A stretch of 64,000 nt of DNA from Eledone cirrhosa (lineage: Eukaryota), in assembly GCA_964016885.1 (NCBI GenBank), contig OZ024744.1, positions 6,572,001-6,636,000 on the forward strand, given 5' to 3'. Positions 40,801 through 53,161 of this stretch are shown one piece after another; within the stretch, counting starts at the first letter, position 1, and each line of letters begins with the position of its first letter. Made by a program: the position numbers and the translations under genes. The notes beneath the pieces are model-generated. The model worked only from the letters and a program-made list of their open reading frames with translations, was not told the DNA's origin and did not search any database.

Positions 40801-43800
40801 GTCTACCGCATTATTGCACTGATGTAGGTGTGTTGCAGTAACGGTTATGTCTAGTGCAGTATTGCACTGAGGTAGGTGTTGTGCAGTAACGGTTATTTCT
40901 ACTGCAGTATTGCACTGATGTAGGTGTGGTGCAGTAACGGTTATGTCTACTGTAGTATTGCACTGAGGTAGGTGTGGTGCAGTAACGGTTATGTCTACTG
41001 CAGTAGTGCACTGATGTAGGTGTGGTGCAGTAACGGTTATGTCTACTGCAATATTGCACTGATGTAGGTGTGGTGCAGTACGGTTAAATCTACTGCAGTA
41101 TTGCACTGATGTAGGTGTGGTGCAGTAGCGGTTATTTCTACTGCAGTATTGCACTGATGTAGATGTGGTGCACTAACGGTTATGTCTACTGCAGTATTGC
41201 ACTGATGTAGGTGTGGTGCAGTAACGGTTATGTATACTGCAATATTGCACTAGGTAGGTGTGGTGCAGTAACGGTTATGTCTACTGTAGTATTGCACTGA
41301 TGTAGGTGTGACGCAGTAACGGATATGTCTACTGCAGTATTGCACTGAGATAGGTGTGGTGCAGTAACGGTTATGTCTACTGCAGTATTTCACTGAAGTA
41401 GGTGTGGTGCAGTAACGGTTAAGTCTACAGCAGTATTGCACTGAAGTAAGTGTGGTGCAGTAACGGTTATGTCTACTGCAGTATTGCACTGATATAGGTG
41501 TGGTGCAGCAACAGTTATGTCTACTGCAGTATTGCACTGATGTAGGTGTGGTGCTGTAAAGTTTATGTCTATTGCAGTATTGCACTGATGTAGGTGTGGT
41601 GCAGTAACGGTTATGTCTACTGCATCATTGCACTGATGTAGATGTGGTGCAGTAACGGTTATGTTTACTGCAGTATTGCACTGAGATAGGTGTGGTACAG
41701 TAACGGTTATTTATACTGCAGTATTGCACTGATGTAGATGTGGTGCAGTAACGGTTATGTCTACTGTAGTATTGCACTGAGGTAGGTGTGGTGCAGTAAC
41801 GGTTATGTCTACGGCAGTATTGCACTGATGTAGGTGTGGTGCAGTAACGGTTATGTCTACTGCAGTATTGCACTGAGGTAGGTGTGGTGCAGTAACGGTT
41901 ATGTCTACTGCAGTATTGCACTGATGTAGGTGTGGTGCAGTAACGGTTATGTCTACTGCAGTATTGCACTGATGTAGGTGTGGTGCAGTAACAGTTATGT
42001 CTACTGCAGTATTGCACTGAGGTAGGTGTGGTGCAGTACCGGTTATGTCTACTGAAGTATTGCACTGATGTAGGTGTGGTGCAGTAACGGTTTTTTCTAC
42101 TGCAGTATTGCACTGATGTAGGTGTGGTGCCGTAACGGTTATGTTTACTGCAGTATTGCACTGATGTAGCTGTGGTGCAGTAACAGTTATGTCTACTGCA
42201 GTATTGCACTGATGTAGGTGTGGTGCTGTAAAGGTTATGTCTCTTGCAGTATTGCACTGAGTTAGGTGTGGTGCAGTAATGGTATGTCTACTGCAGTATT
42301 GCACTGATATAGGTGTGGTGCAGTAACGGTTATGTCTACTGCAGTATTGCACTGATGTAGGTGTGGTGCAGTAACGGTTATGTCTACTGCAGTATGGCAC
42401 TGATGTAGGTGTGGTGCAGTACGGTTAAATCTACTGCAGTATTGCACTGATGTAGGTGTGGTGCAGTAGCGGTTATTTCTACTGCAGTATTGCACTGATG
42501 TAGATGTGGTGCACTAACGGTTATATATACTGCAGTATTGCACTGAGGTAGTTGTGGTGCAGTAACGGTTATGTCTACTGCAATATTGCACTAGGTAGGT
42601 GTGGTGCAGTAACGATTATGTCTACTGCAGTATTGCACTGATGTAGGTGTGGTGCAGTAACAGTTATGTCTACTGCAGTATTGCACTGAGGTAGGTGTGG
42701 TGCAGTATCGGTTATGTCTACTGCAGTATTGCACTGATGTAGGTGTGGTGCAGTACCAGTTATGTCTACTGAAGTATTGCACTGATGTAGGTGTGGTGCA
42801 GTAACGGTTATTTCTACTGCAATATTGCACTGATGTAGGTGTGGTGGCGTAACGGTTATGTCTACTGCAGTATTGCACTGAGGTAGGTGTGGTGCAGTAA
42901 CGGTTATGTCGACTGCAGTATTGCACTGATGTAGGTGTGGTGCAGTAACGGTTATGTCTACTGCAGTATTGAACTGATGTAGGTGTGGTGCAGTAACGAT
43001 TATGTCCACTGCAGTATTGCACTGATGTAGGTGTGGTGCAGAAGAGGTTATGTCTACTGCAGTATTGCACTGATGTAGGTATGGTGCAGTAACGGTTATG
43101 TCTACTGTAGTATTGCACTGATGTAGGTGTGATGCAGTAACGGATATGTCTACTGCAGTATTGCACTGAGATAGGTGTGGTGCAGTAACGGTTATGTCTA
43201 CTGCAGTATTTCACTGATGTAGGTGTGGTGCAGTAACGGTTAAGTCTACTGCAGTATTGCACTGAAGTAAGTGTGGTGCAGTAACGGTTATGTCTACTGC
43301 AGTATTGCACTGATGTAGGTGTGGTGCAGTAACAGTTATGTCTACTGCAGTATTGCACTGATGTAGGTGTGGTGCTGTAAAGGTTATGTCTATTGCACTA
43401 TTGCACTGATGTAGGTGTGGTGCAGTAACGGTTATGTCTACTGCATTATTGCACTGACGTAGATGTGGTGCAGTAACGGTTATGTCTACTGCAGTATTGC
43501 ACTGAGATAGGTGTGGTACAGTAACGGTTATTTCTACTGCAGTATTGCACTGATGTAGATGTGGTGCATTAACGGTTATGTCTACTGCAGTATTGCACTG
43601 ATGTAGGTGTGGTGCAGTACCAGTTATGTCTACTGAAGTATTGCACTGATGTAGGTGTGGTGCAGTAACGGTTATTTCTACTGCAGTATTGCACTGATGT
43701 AGGTGTGGTGCCGTAACGGTTATGTCTACTGCAGTATTGCACTGAGGTAGGTGTGGTGCAGTAACGATTATGTCGACTGCAGTATTGCACTGATGTTGGT

Positions 43801-46800
43801 GTGGTGCAGTAACGATTATGTCTACTGCAGTATTGCACTGATGTAGGTGTGGTGCAGTAACGGTTATGTCTACTGCAGTATTGCACTGATGTAGGTGTGG
43901 TGCAGTAACGGTTATGTCTACTGCAGTATTCCATTGATGTAGGTGTGATGCAGTAACGGTTATGTCTACTGCAGTATTGCACTGATGTAGGTGTGGTGAA
44001 GTAGCGGTTATTTCTACAGCAGTATTGCACTGATGTAGATGTGGTGCACTAACGGTTATGTCTACTGCAGTGTTGCACTGAGGTAGTTGTGGTGCAGTAA
44101 CGGTTATGTCTACTGCAATATTGCACTAGGTAGGTGTGGTGCAGTAACGATTATGTCTACTGCAGTATAGCACTGATGTAGGTGTGTTGCAGTAACGGTT
44201 ATTCTACTGCAGTATTGCACTGATGTAGGTGTGGTGCAGTAACGGTCATTTCTACTGCAGTATTGCACTGATGTAGGTGTGGTGCAGTAACGGTTATGTC
44301 TACTGCAGTATTGCACTGATGTAGGTGTGGTGCAGTAACGGTTATGTCTACTGCATTATTGCACTGATGTAGGTATGGTGCAGTAACGGTTATGTCTACT
44401 GGAGTATTACACTGATGTAGGTGTGGTGCAGTAACGGTTATGTCTACTGCAGTATTGCACTGATGTAGGTGTAGTGCAGTAACGGCTATGTCTACTGCAG
44501 TATTGCACTGATGTAGGTGTGGTGCTGTAACGGTTATGTCTATTGCAGTATTACACTGAGGTAGGTGTGGTGCAGTATCGGTTATGTCTACTGCAGTATT
44601 GCACTGATGTAGGTGTGGTGCAGTAACGGTTATGTCTACTGCATTATTGCACTGATGTAGGTGTGGTGCAGTAACGGTTATGTCTACTGCAGTATTACAC
44701 TGATGTAGGTGTGGTGCAGTAACGGTTATGTCTACTGCAGTATTGCACTGATGTAGGTGTAGTGCAGTAACGGTTATGTCTACTGCAGTATTGCACTGAT
44801 GTAGGTGTGGTGCTGTAACGGTTATGTCTATTGCAGTATTGCACTGAGGTAGGTGTGGTGCAGTAACGGTTATGTCTACTGCAGTATTGCACTGATGTAG
44901 CTATGGTGCAGTAACGGTTATGTCAACTGCATTATTGCACTGATGTAGGTGTGGTGCAGTAACGGTTATGTCTAGTGCAGTATTGCACTGATGTAGGTGT
45001 GATGCAGTAACGGATATGTCTACTGCAGTATTGCACTGAGAAAGGTGTGGTGCAGTAACGGTTATGTCTACTGCAGTATTTCACTGATGTAGGTGTGGTG
45101 CAGTAACGGTTAAGTCTACTGCAGTATTGCACTGAAGTAAGTGTGGTGCAGTAACGGTTATGTCTACTGCAGTATTGCACTGATGTAGGTGTGGTGCAGT
45201 AACAGTTATGTCTACTGCAGTATTGCACTGATGTAGGTGTGGTGCTGTAAAGGTTATGTCTATTGCAGTATTGCACTGATGTAGGTGTGGTGCAGTAACG
45301 GTTATGTCTACTGCATTATTGCACTGATGTAGATGTGGTGCAGTAACGGTTATGTCTACTGCAGTATTGCACTGAGATAGGTGTGGTGCATTAACGGTTA
45401 TGTCTACTGCAGTATTGCACTGATGTAGGTGTGGTGCAGTAACAGTTATGTCTACTGAAGTATTGCACTGATGTAGATGTGGTGCATTAACGGTTATATA
45501 TACTGCAGTATTGCACTGAGGTAGTTGTGGTGCAGTGACGGTTATGTCTATTGCAGTATTGCACTGAGGTAGGTGTGGTGCAGTAACGGTTATTTCTGCT
45601 GCAGTATTGCACTGATGTAGTTGTGGTGCAGTAACGGTTATGTCTACTGCAGTATTGCACTGAGGTAAATGTGGTGCAGTAACGGTTATGTCTACTGCAT
45701 TATTGTACTGATGTAGGTGTGGTGCAGTAACGGTTATGTCTACTGCAGTATTGCACTTAGGTAGGTGTGGTGCAGTAACAGTTATGTCTACTGCAGTATT
45801 GCACTTAGGTAGGTGTGGTGCAGTAACGGTTATGTCTACTGCAGTATTGCACTGATGTAGGTGTGGTGCAGTAACGGATATTTCTACTGCAGTATTGCAC
45901 TTAGGTAGGTGTGGTGCAGTAACGGTTATGTCAACTGCAGTATTGCACTGATGTAGGAGTGGTGCAGTAACGGTTATGTCTACTGCAGTATTGCACTGAG
46001 TTAGGTGTGGTGCAGTAACGATTATGTCGACTGCAGTATTACACTGATGTAGGTGTGGTGCAGTAACGGTTATGTCTACTGCAGTATTGCACTGATGTAG
46101 GTGTAGTGCAGTAACGGTTATGTCTACTGCAGTATTGCACTGATGTAGGTGTGGTGCTGTAACGGTTATGTCTATTGCAGTATTGCACTGAGGTAGGTGT
46201 GGTGCAGTAACGGTTATGTCTACTGCAGTATTGCACTGATGTAGGTATGGTGCAGTAACGGTTATGTCTACTGCTGTATTGCACTGATGTAGGTGTGGTG
46301 CAGTAACGGTTATGTCTACTGCTGTATTGCACTGATGTAGGTGTGGTGCAGTAACGGTTATGTCTACGGCAGTATTGCACTGATGTAGGTGTGGTGCAGT
46401 AACGGTTATGTCTACTGCAGTATTGCACTGAGGTAGGTGTGGTGCAGTAACGGTTATGTCTACTGCAATATTGCACTGATGTAGGTGTGGTGCAGTAACG
46501 GTTATGTCTACTGCAGTATTGCACTGATGTAGGTGTGGTGCAGTAACGGTTATTTCTACTGCAGTATTGCACTGATGTAGGTGTGGTGCAGTAACAGTTA
46601 TGTCTACTGCAGTATTGCACTGAGGTAGGTGTGGTGCAGTACCGGTTATGTCTACTGAAGTATTGCACTGATGTAGGTGTGGTGCAGTAACGGTTTTTTC
46701 TACTGCAGTATTGCACTGATGTAGGTGTGGTGCCGTAACGGTTATGTTTACTGCAGTATTGCACTGATGTAGCTGTGGTGCAGTAACAGTTATGTCTACT

Positions 46801-49800
46801 GCAGTATTGCACTGATGTAGGTGTGCTGCTGTAAAGGTTATGTCTCTGGCAGTATTACACTGAGTTAGGTGTGGTGCAGTAATGGTATGTCTACTGCAGT
46901 ATTGCACTGATATAGGTGTGGTGCAGTAACGGTTATGTCTACTGTAGTATTGCACTGATGTAGGTGTGGTGCAGTAACGGTTATGTCTACTGCAGTATGG
47001 CACTGATGTAGGTGTGGTGCAGTACGGTTAAATCTACTGCAGTATTGCACTGATGTAGGTGTGGTGCAGTAGCGGTTATTTCTACTGCAGTATTGCACTG
47101 ATGTAGATGTGGTGCACTAACGGTTATATATACTGCAGTATTGCACTGAGGTAGTTGTGGTGCAGTAACGGTTATGTCTACTGCAATATTGCACTAGGTA
47201 GGTGTGGTGCAGTAACGATTATGTCTACTGCAGTATTGCACTGATGTAGGTGTGGTGCAGTAACAGTTATGTCTACTGCAGTATTGCACTGAGGTAGGTG
47301 TGGTGCAGTATCGGTTATGTCTACTGCAGTATTGCACTGATGTAGGTGTGGTGCAGTACCAGTTATGTCTACTGAAGTATTGCACTGATGTAGGTGTGGT
47401 GCAGTAACGGTTATTTCTACTGCAATATTGCACTGATGTAGGTGTGGTGGCGTAACGGTTATGTCTACTGCAGTATTGCACTGAGGTAGGTGTGGTGCAG
47501 TAACGATTATGTCGACTGCAGTATTGCACTGATGTAGGTGTGGTGCAGTAACGGTTATGTCTACTGCAGTATTGAACTGATGTAGGTGTGGTGCAGTAAC
47601 GATTATGTCCACTGCAGTATTGCACTGATGTAGGTGTGGTGCAGAAGAGGTTATGTCTACTGCAGTATTGCACTGATGTAGGTATGGTGCAGTAACGGTT
47701 ATGTCTACTGTAGTATTGCACTGATGTAGGTGTGATGCAGTAACGGATATGTCTACTGCAGTATTGCACTGAGATAGGTGTGGTGCAGTAACGGTTATGT
47801 CTACTGCAGTATTTCACTGATGTAGGTGTGGTGCAGTAACGGTTAAGTCTACTGCAGTATTGCACTGAAGTAAGTGTGGTGCAGTAACGGTTATGTCTAC
47901 TGCAGTATTGCACTGATGTAGGTGTGGTGCAGTAACAGTTATGTCTACTGCAGTATTGCACTGATGTAGGTGTGGTGCTGTAAAGGTTATGTCTATTGCA
48001 CTATTGCACTGATGTACGTGTGGTGCAGTAACGGTTATGTCTACTGCATTATTGCACTGACGTAGATGTGGTGCAGTAACGGTTATGTCTACTGCAGTAT
48101 TGCACTGAGATAGGTGTGGTACAGTAACGGTTATTTCTACTGCAGTATTGCACTGATGTAGATGTGGTGCATTAACGGTTATGTCTACTGCAGTATTGCA
48201 CTGATGTAGGTGTGGTGCAGTACCAGTTATGTCTACTGAAGTATTGCACTGATGTAGGTGTGGTGCAGTAACGGTTATTTCTACTGCAGTATTGCACTGA
48301 TGTAGGTGTGGTGCCGTAACGGTTATGTCTACTGCAGTATTGCACTGAGGTAGGTGTGGTGCAGTAACGATTATGTCGACTGCAGTATTGCACTGATGTT
48401 GGTGTGGTGCAGTAACGATTATGTCTACTGCAGTATTGCACTGATGTAGGTGTGGTGCAGTAACGGTTATGTCTACTGCAGTATTGCACTGATGTAGGTG
48501 TGGTGCAGTAACGGTTATGTCTACTGCAGTATTCCATTGATGTAGGTGTGATGCAGTAACGGTTATGTCTACTGCAGTATTGCACTGATGTAGGTGTGGT
48601 GAAGTAGCGGTTATTTCTACAGCAGTATTGCACTGATGTAGATGTGGTGCACTAACGGTTATGTCTACTGCAGTGTTGCACTGAGGTAGTTGTGGTGCAG
48701 TAACGGTTATGTCTACTGCAATATTGCACTAGGTAGGTGTGGTGCAGTAACGATTATGTCTACTGCAGTATAGCACTGATGTAGGTGTGGTGCAGTAACG
48801 GTTATTCTACTGCAGTATTGCACTGATGTAGGTGTGGTGCAGTAACGGTCATTTCTACTGCAGTATTGCACTGATGTAGGTGTGGTGCAGTAACGGTTAT
48901 GTCTACTGCAGTATTGCACTGATGTAGGTGTGGTGCAGTAACGGTTATGTCTACTGCATTATTGCACTGATGTAGGTATGGTGCAGTAACGGTTATGTCT
49001 ACTGGAGTATTACACTGATGTAGGTGTGGTGCAGTAACGGTTATGTCTACTGCAGTATTGCACTGATGTAGGTGTAGTGCAGTAACGGCTATGTCTACTG
49101 CAGTATTGCACTGATGTAGGTGTGGTGCTGTAACGGTTATGTCTATTGCAGTATTACACTGAGGTAGGTGTGGTGCAGTATCGGTTATGTCTACTGCAGT
49201 ATTGCACTGATGTAGGTGTGGTGCAGTAACGGTTATGTCTACTGCATTATTGCACTGATGTAGGTGTGGTGCAGTAACGGTTATGTCTACTGCAGTATTA
49301 CACTGATGTAGGTGTGGTGCAGTAACGGTTATGTCTACTGCAGTATTGCACTGATGTAGGTGTAGTGCAGTAACGGTTATGTCTACTGCAGTATTGCACT
49401 GATGTAGGTGTGGTGCTGTAACGGTTATGTCTATTGCAGTATTGCACTGAGGTAGGTGTGGTGCAGTAACGGTTATGTCTACTGCAGTATTGCACTGATG
49501 TAGCTATGGTGCAGTAACGGTTATGTCAACTGCATTATTGCACTGATGTAGGTGTGGTGCAGTAACGGTTATGTCTAGTGCAGTATTGCACTGATGTAGG
49601 TGTGATGCAGTAACGGATATGTCTACTGCAGTATTGCACTGAGAAAGGTGTGGTGTAGTAACGGTTATGTCTACTGCAGTATTTCACTGATGTAGGTGTG
49701 GTGCAGTAACGGTTAAGTCTACTGCAGTATTGCACTGAAGTAAGTGTGGTGCAGTAACGGTTATGTCTACTGCATTATTGTACTGATGTAGGTGTGGTGC

Positions 49801-51888
49801 AGTAACGGTTATGTCTACTGCAGTATTGCACTTAGGTAGGTGTGGTGCAGTAACAGTTATGTCTACTGCAGTATTGCACTTAGGTAGGTGTGGTGCAGTA
49901 ACGGTTATGTCTACTGCAGTATTGCACTGATGTAGGTGTGGTGCAGTAACGGATATTTCTACTGCAGTATTGCACTTAGGTAGGTGTGGTGCAGTAACGG
50001 TTATGTCAACTGCAGTATTGCACTGATGTAGGAGTGGTGCAGTAACGGTTATGTCTACTGCAGTATTGCACTGAGTTAGGTGTGGTGCAGTAACGATTAT
50101 GTCGACTGCAGTATTACACTGATGTAGGTGTGGTGCAGTAACGGTTATGTCTACTGCAGTATTGCACTGATGTAGGTGTAGTGCAGTAACGGTTATGTCT
50201 ACTGCAGTATTGCACTGATGTAGGTGTGGTGCTGTAACGGTTATGTCTATTGCAGTATTGCACTGAGGTAGGTGTGGTGCAGTAACGGTTATGTCTACTG
50301 CAGTATTGCACTGATGTAGGTATGGTGCAGTAACGGTTATGTCTACTGCTGTATTGCACTGATGTAGGTGTGGTGCAGTAACGGTTATGTCTACTGCTGT
50401 ATTGCACTGATGTAGGTGTGGTGCAGTAACGGTTATGTCTACGGCAGTATTGCACTGATGTAGGTGTGGTGCAGTAACGGTTATGTCTACTGCAGTATTG
50501 CACTGAGGTAGGTGTGGTGCAGTAACGGTTATGTCTACTGCAATATTGCACTGATGTAGGTGTGGTGCAGTAACGGTTATGTCTACTGCAGTATTGCACT
50601 GATGTAGGTGTGGTGCAGTAACGGTTATTTCTACTGCAGTATTGCACTGATGTAGGTGTGGTGCAGTAACAGTTATGTCTACTGCAGTATTGCACTGAGG
50701 TAGGTGTGGTGCAGTACCGGTTATGTCTACTGAAGTATTGCACTGATGTAGGTGTGGTGCAGTAACGGTTTTTTCTACTGCAGTATTGCACTGATGTAGG
50801 TGTGGTGCCGTAACGGTTATGTTTACTGCAGTATTGCACTGATGTAGCTGTGGTGCAGTAACAGTTATGTCTACTGCAGTATTGCACTGATGTAGGTGTG
50901 GTGCTGTAAAGGTTATGTCTCTGGCAGTATTGCACTGAGTTAGGTGTGGTGCAGTAATGGTATGTCTACTGCAGTATTGCACTGATATAGGTGTGGTGCA
51001 GTAACGGTTATGTCTACTGCAGTATGGCACTGATGTAGGTGTGGTGCAGTACGGTTAAATCTACTGCAGTATTGCACTGATGTAGGTGTGGTGCAGTAGC
51101 GGTTATTTCTACTGCAGTATTGCACTGATGTAGATGTGGTGCACTAACGGTTATATATACTGCAGTATTGCACTGAGGTAGTTGTGGTGCAGTAACGGTT
51201 ATGTCTACTGCAATATTGCACTAGGTAGGTGTGGTGCAGTAACGATTATGTCTACTGCAGTATTGCACTGATGTAGGTGTGGTGCAGTAACAGTTATGTC
51301 TACTGCAGTATTGCACTGAGGTAGGTGTGGTGCAGTATCGGTTATGTCTACTGCAGTATTGCACTGATGTAGGTGTGGTGCAGTACCAGTTATGTCTACT
51401 GAAGTATTGCACTGATGTAGGTGTGGTGCAGTAACGGTTATTTCTACTGCAATATTGCACTGATGTAGGTGTGGTGGCGTAACGGTTATGTCTACTGCAG
51501 TATTGCACTGAGGTAGGTGTGGTGCACTAACGATTATGTCGACTGCAGTATTGCACTGATGTAGGTGTGGTGCAGTAACGGTTATGTCTACTGCAGTATT
51601 GAACTGATGTAGGTGTGGTGCAGTAACGATTATGTCCACTGCAGTATTGCACTGATGTAGGTGTGGTGCAGAAGAGGTTATGTCTACTGCAGTATTGCAC
51701 TGATGTAGGTATGGTGCAGTAACGGTTATGTCTACTGTAGTATTGCACTGATGTAGGTGTGATGCAGTAACGGATATGTCTACTGCAGTATTGCACTGAG
51801 ATAGGTGTGGTGCAGTAACGGTTATGTCTACTGCAGTATTTCACTGATGTAGGTGTGGTGCAGTAACGATTATGTCGACTGCAGTATT
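23930..51888 (+). repeat. About 11.75-kb near-identical duplication (23930-35684 vs 40086-51888; offsets 16156 then 16204)
   Basis: ORF pairs 24655/40811, 25094/41250, 26419/42575 and 27413/43569 are offset by 16156. Pairs 28491/44695, 28877/45081, 30974/47178, 33480/49684 and 35001/51205 are offset by 16204. Confidence 0.93.
31865..40726 (+). repeat. Tandem duplication, period 4411 bp (92 monomers - 5 bp)
   Basis: ORF pairs 31968/36379, 32509/36920, 33480/37891, 33910/38321, 35001/39412 and 35323/39734 are all offset by 4411. Confidence 0.93.
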
Positions 51889-52108
51889 ACACTGATGTAG
51901 GTGTGGTGCAGTAACGGTTATGTCTACTGCAGTATTGCACTGATGTAGGTGTAGTGCAGTAACGGTTATGTCTACTGCAGTATTGCACTGATGTAGGTGT
52001 GGTGCTGTAACGGTTATGTCTATTGCAGTATTGCACTGAGGTAGGTGTGGTGCAGTAACGGTTATGTCTACTGCAGTATTGCACTGATGTAGGTATGGTG
52101 CAGTAACG

Positions 52109-53161
52109 GTTATGTCTACTGCAGTATTGCACTGATGTAGGTGTGGTGCAGTAACGGTTATGTCTACTGCTGTATTGCACTGATGTAGGTGTGGTGCAGT
52201 AACGGTTATGTCTACTGCTGTATTGCACTGATGTAGGTGTGGTGCAGTAACGGTTATGTCTACGGCAGTATTGCACTGATGTAGGTGTGGTGCAGTAACG
52301 GTTATGTCTACTGCAGTATTGCACTGAGGTAGGTGTGGTGCAGTAACGGTTATGTCTACTGCAATATAGCACTGATGTAGGTGTGGTGCAGTAACGGTTA
52401 TGTCTACTGCAGTATTGCACTGATGTAGGTGTGGTGCAGTAACGGTTATGTCTACTGCTATATTGCACTGATGTAGGTGTGGTGCAGTAACAGTTATGTC
52501 TACTGCAGTATTGCACTGAGGTAGGTGTGGTGCAGTACCGGTTATGTCTACTGAAGTATTGCACTGATGTAGGTGTGGTGCAGTAACGGTTTTTTCTACT
52601 GCAGTATTGCACTGATGTAGGTGTGGTGCCGTAACGGTTATGTTTACTGCAGTATTGCACTGATGTAGCTGTGGTGCAGTAACAGTTATGTCTACTGCAG
52701 TATTGCACTGATGTAGGTGTGGTGCAGTAACGGTTATGTCTACTGCTGTATTGCACTGATGTAGGTGTGGTGCAGTAACGGTTATGTCTACTGCTGTATT
52801 GCACTGATGTAGGTGTGGTGCAGTAACGGTTATGTCTACGGCAGTATTGCACTGATGTAGGTGTGGTGCAGTAACGGTTATGTCTACTGCAGTATTGCAC
52901 TTAGGTAGGTGTGGTGCAGTAACAGTTATGTCTACTGCAGTATTGCACTTAGGTAGGTGTGGTGCAGTAACGGTTATGTCTACTGCAGTATTGCACTGAT
53001 GTAGGTGTGGTGCAGTAACGGTTATGTCTACTGCTATATTGCACTGATGTAGGTGTGGTGCAGTAACAGTTATGTCTACTGCAGTATTGCACTGAGGTAG
53101 GTGTGGTGCAGTACCGGTTATGTCTACTGAAGTATTGCACTGATGTAGGTGTGGTGCAGTA
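52109..53161 (+). repeat. Short duplication, offset 576 bp (12 monomers), interrupted by a replaced patch
   Basis: Variants tacggc (52261/52837), ctgctatatt (52455/53031) and gtaccgg...ctgaag recur at offset 576. Confidence 0.75.
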
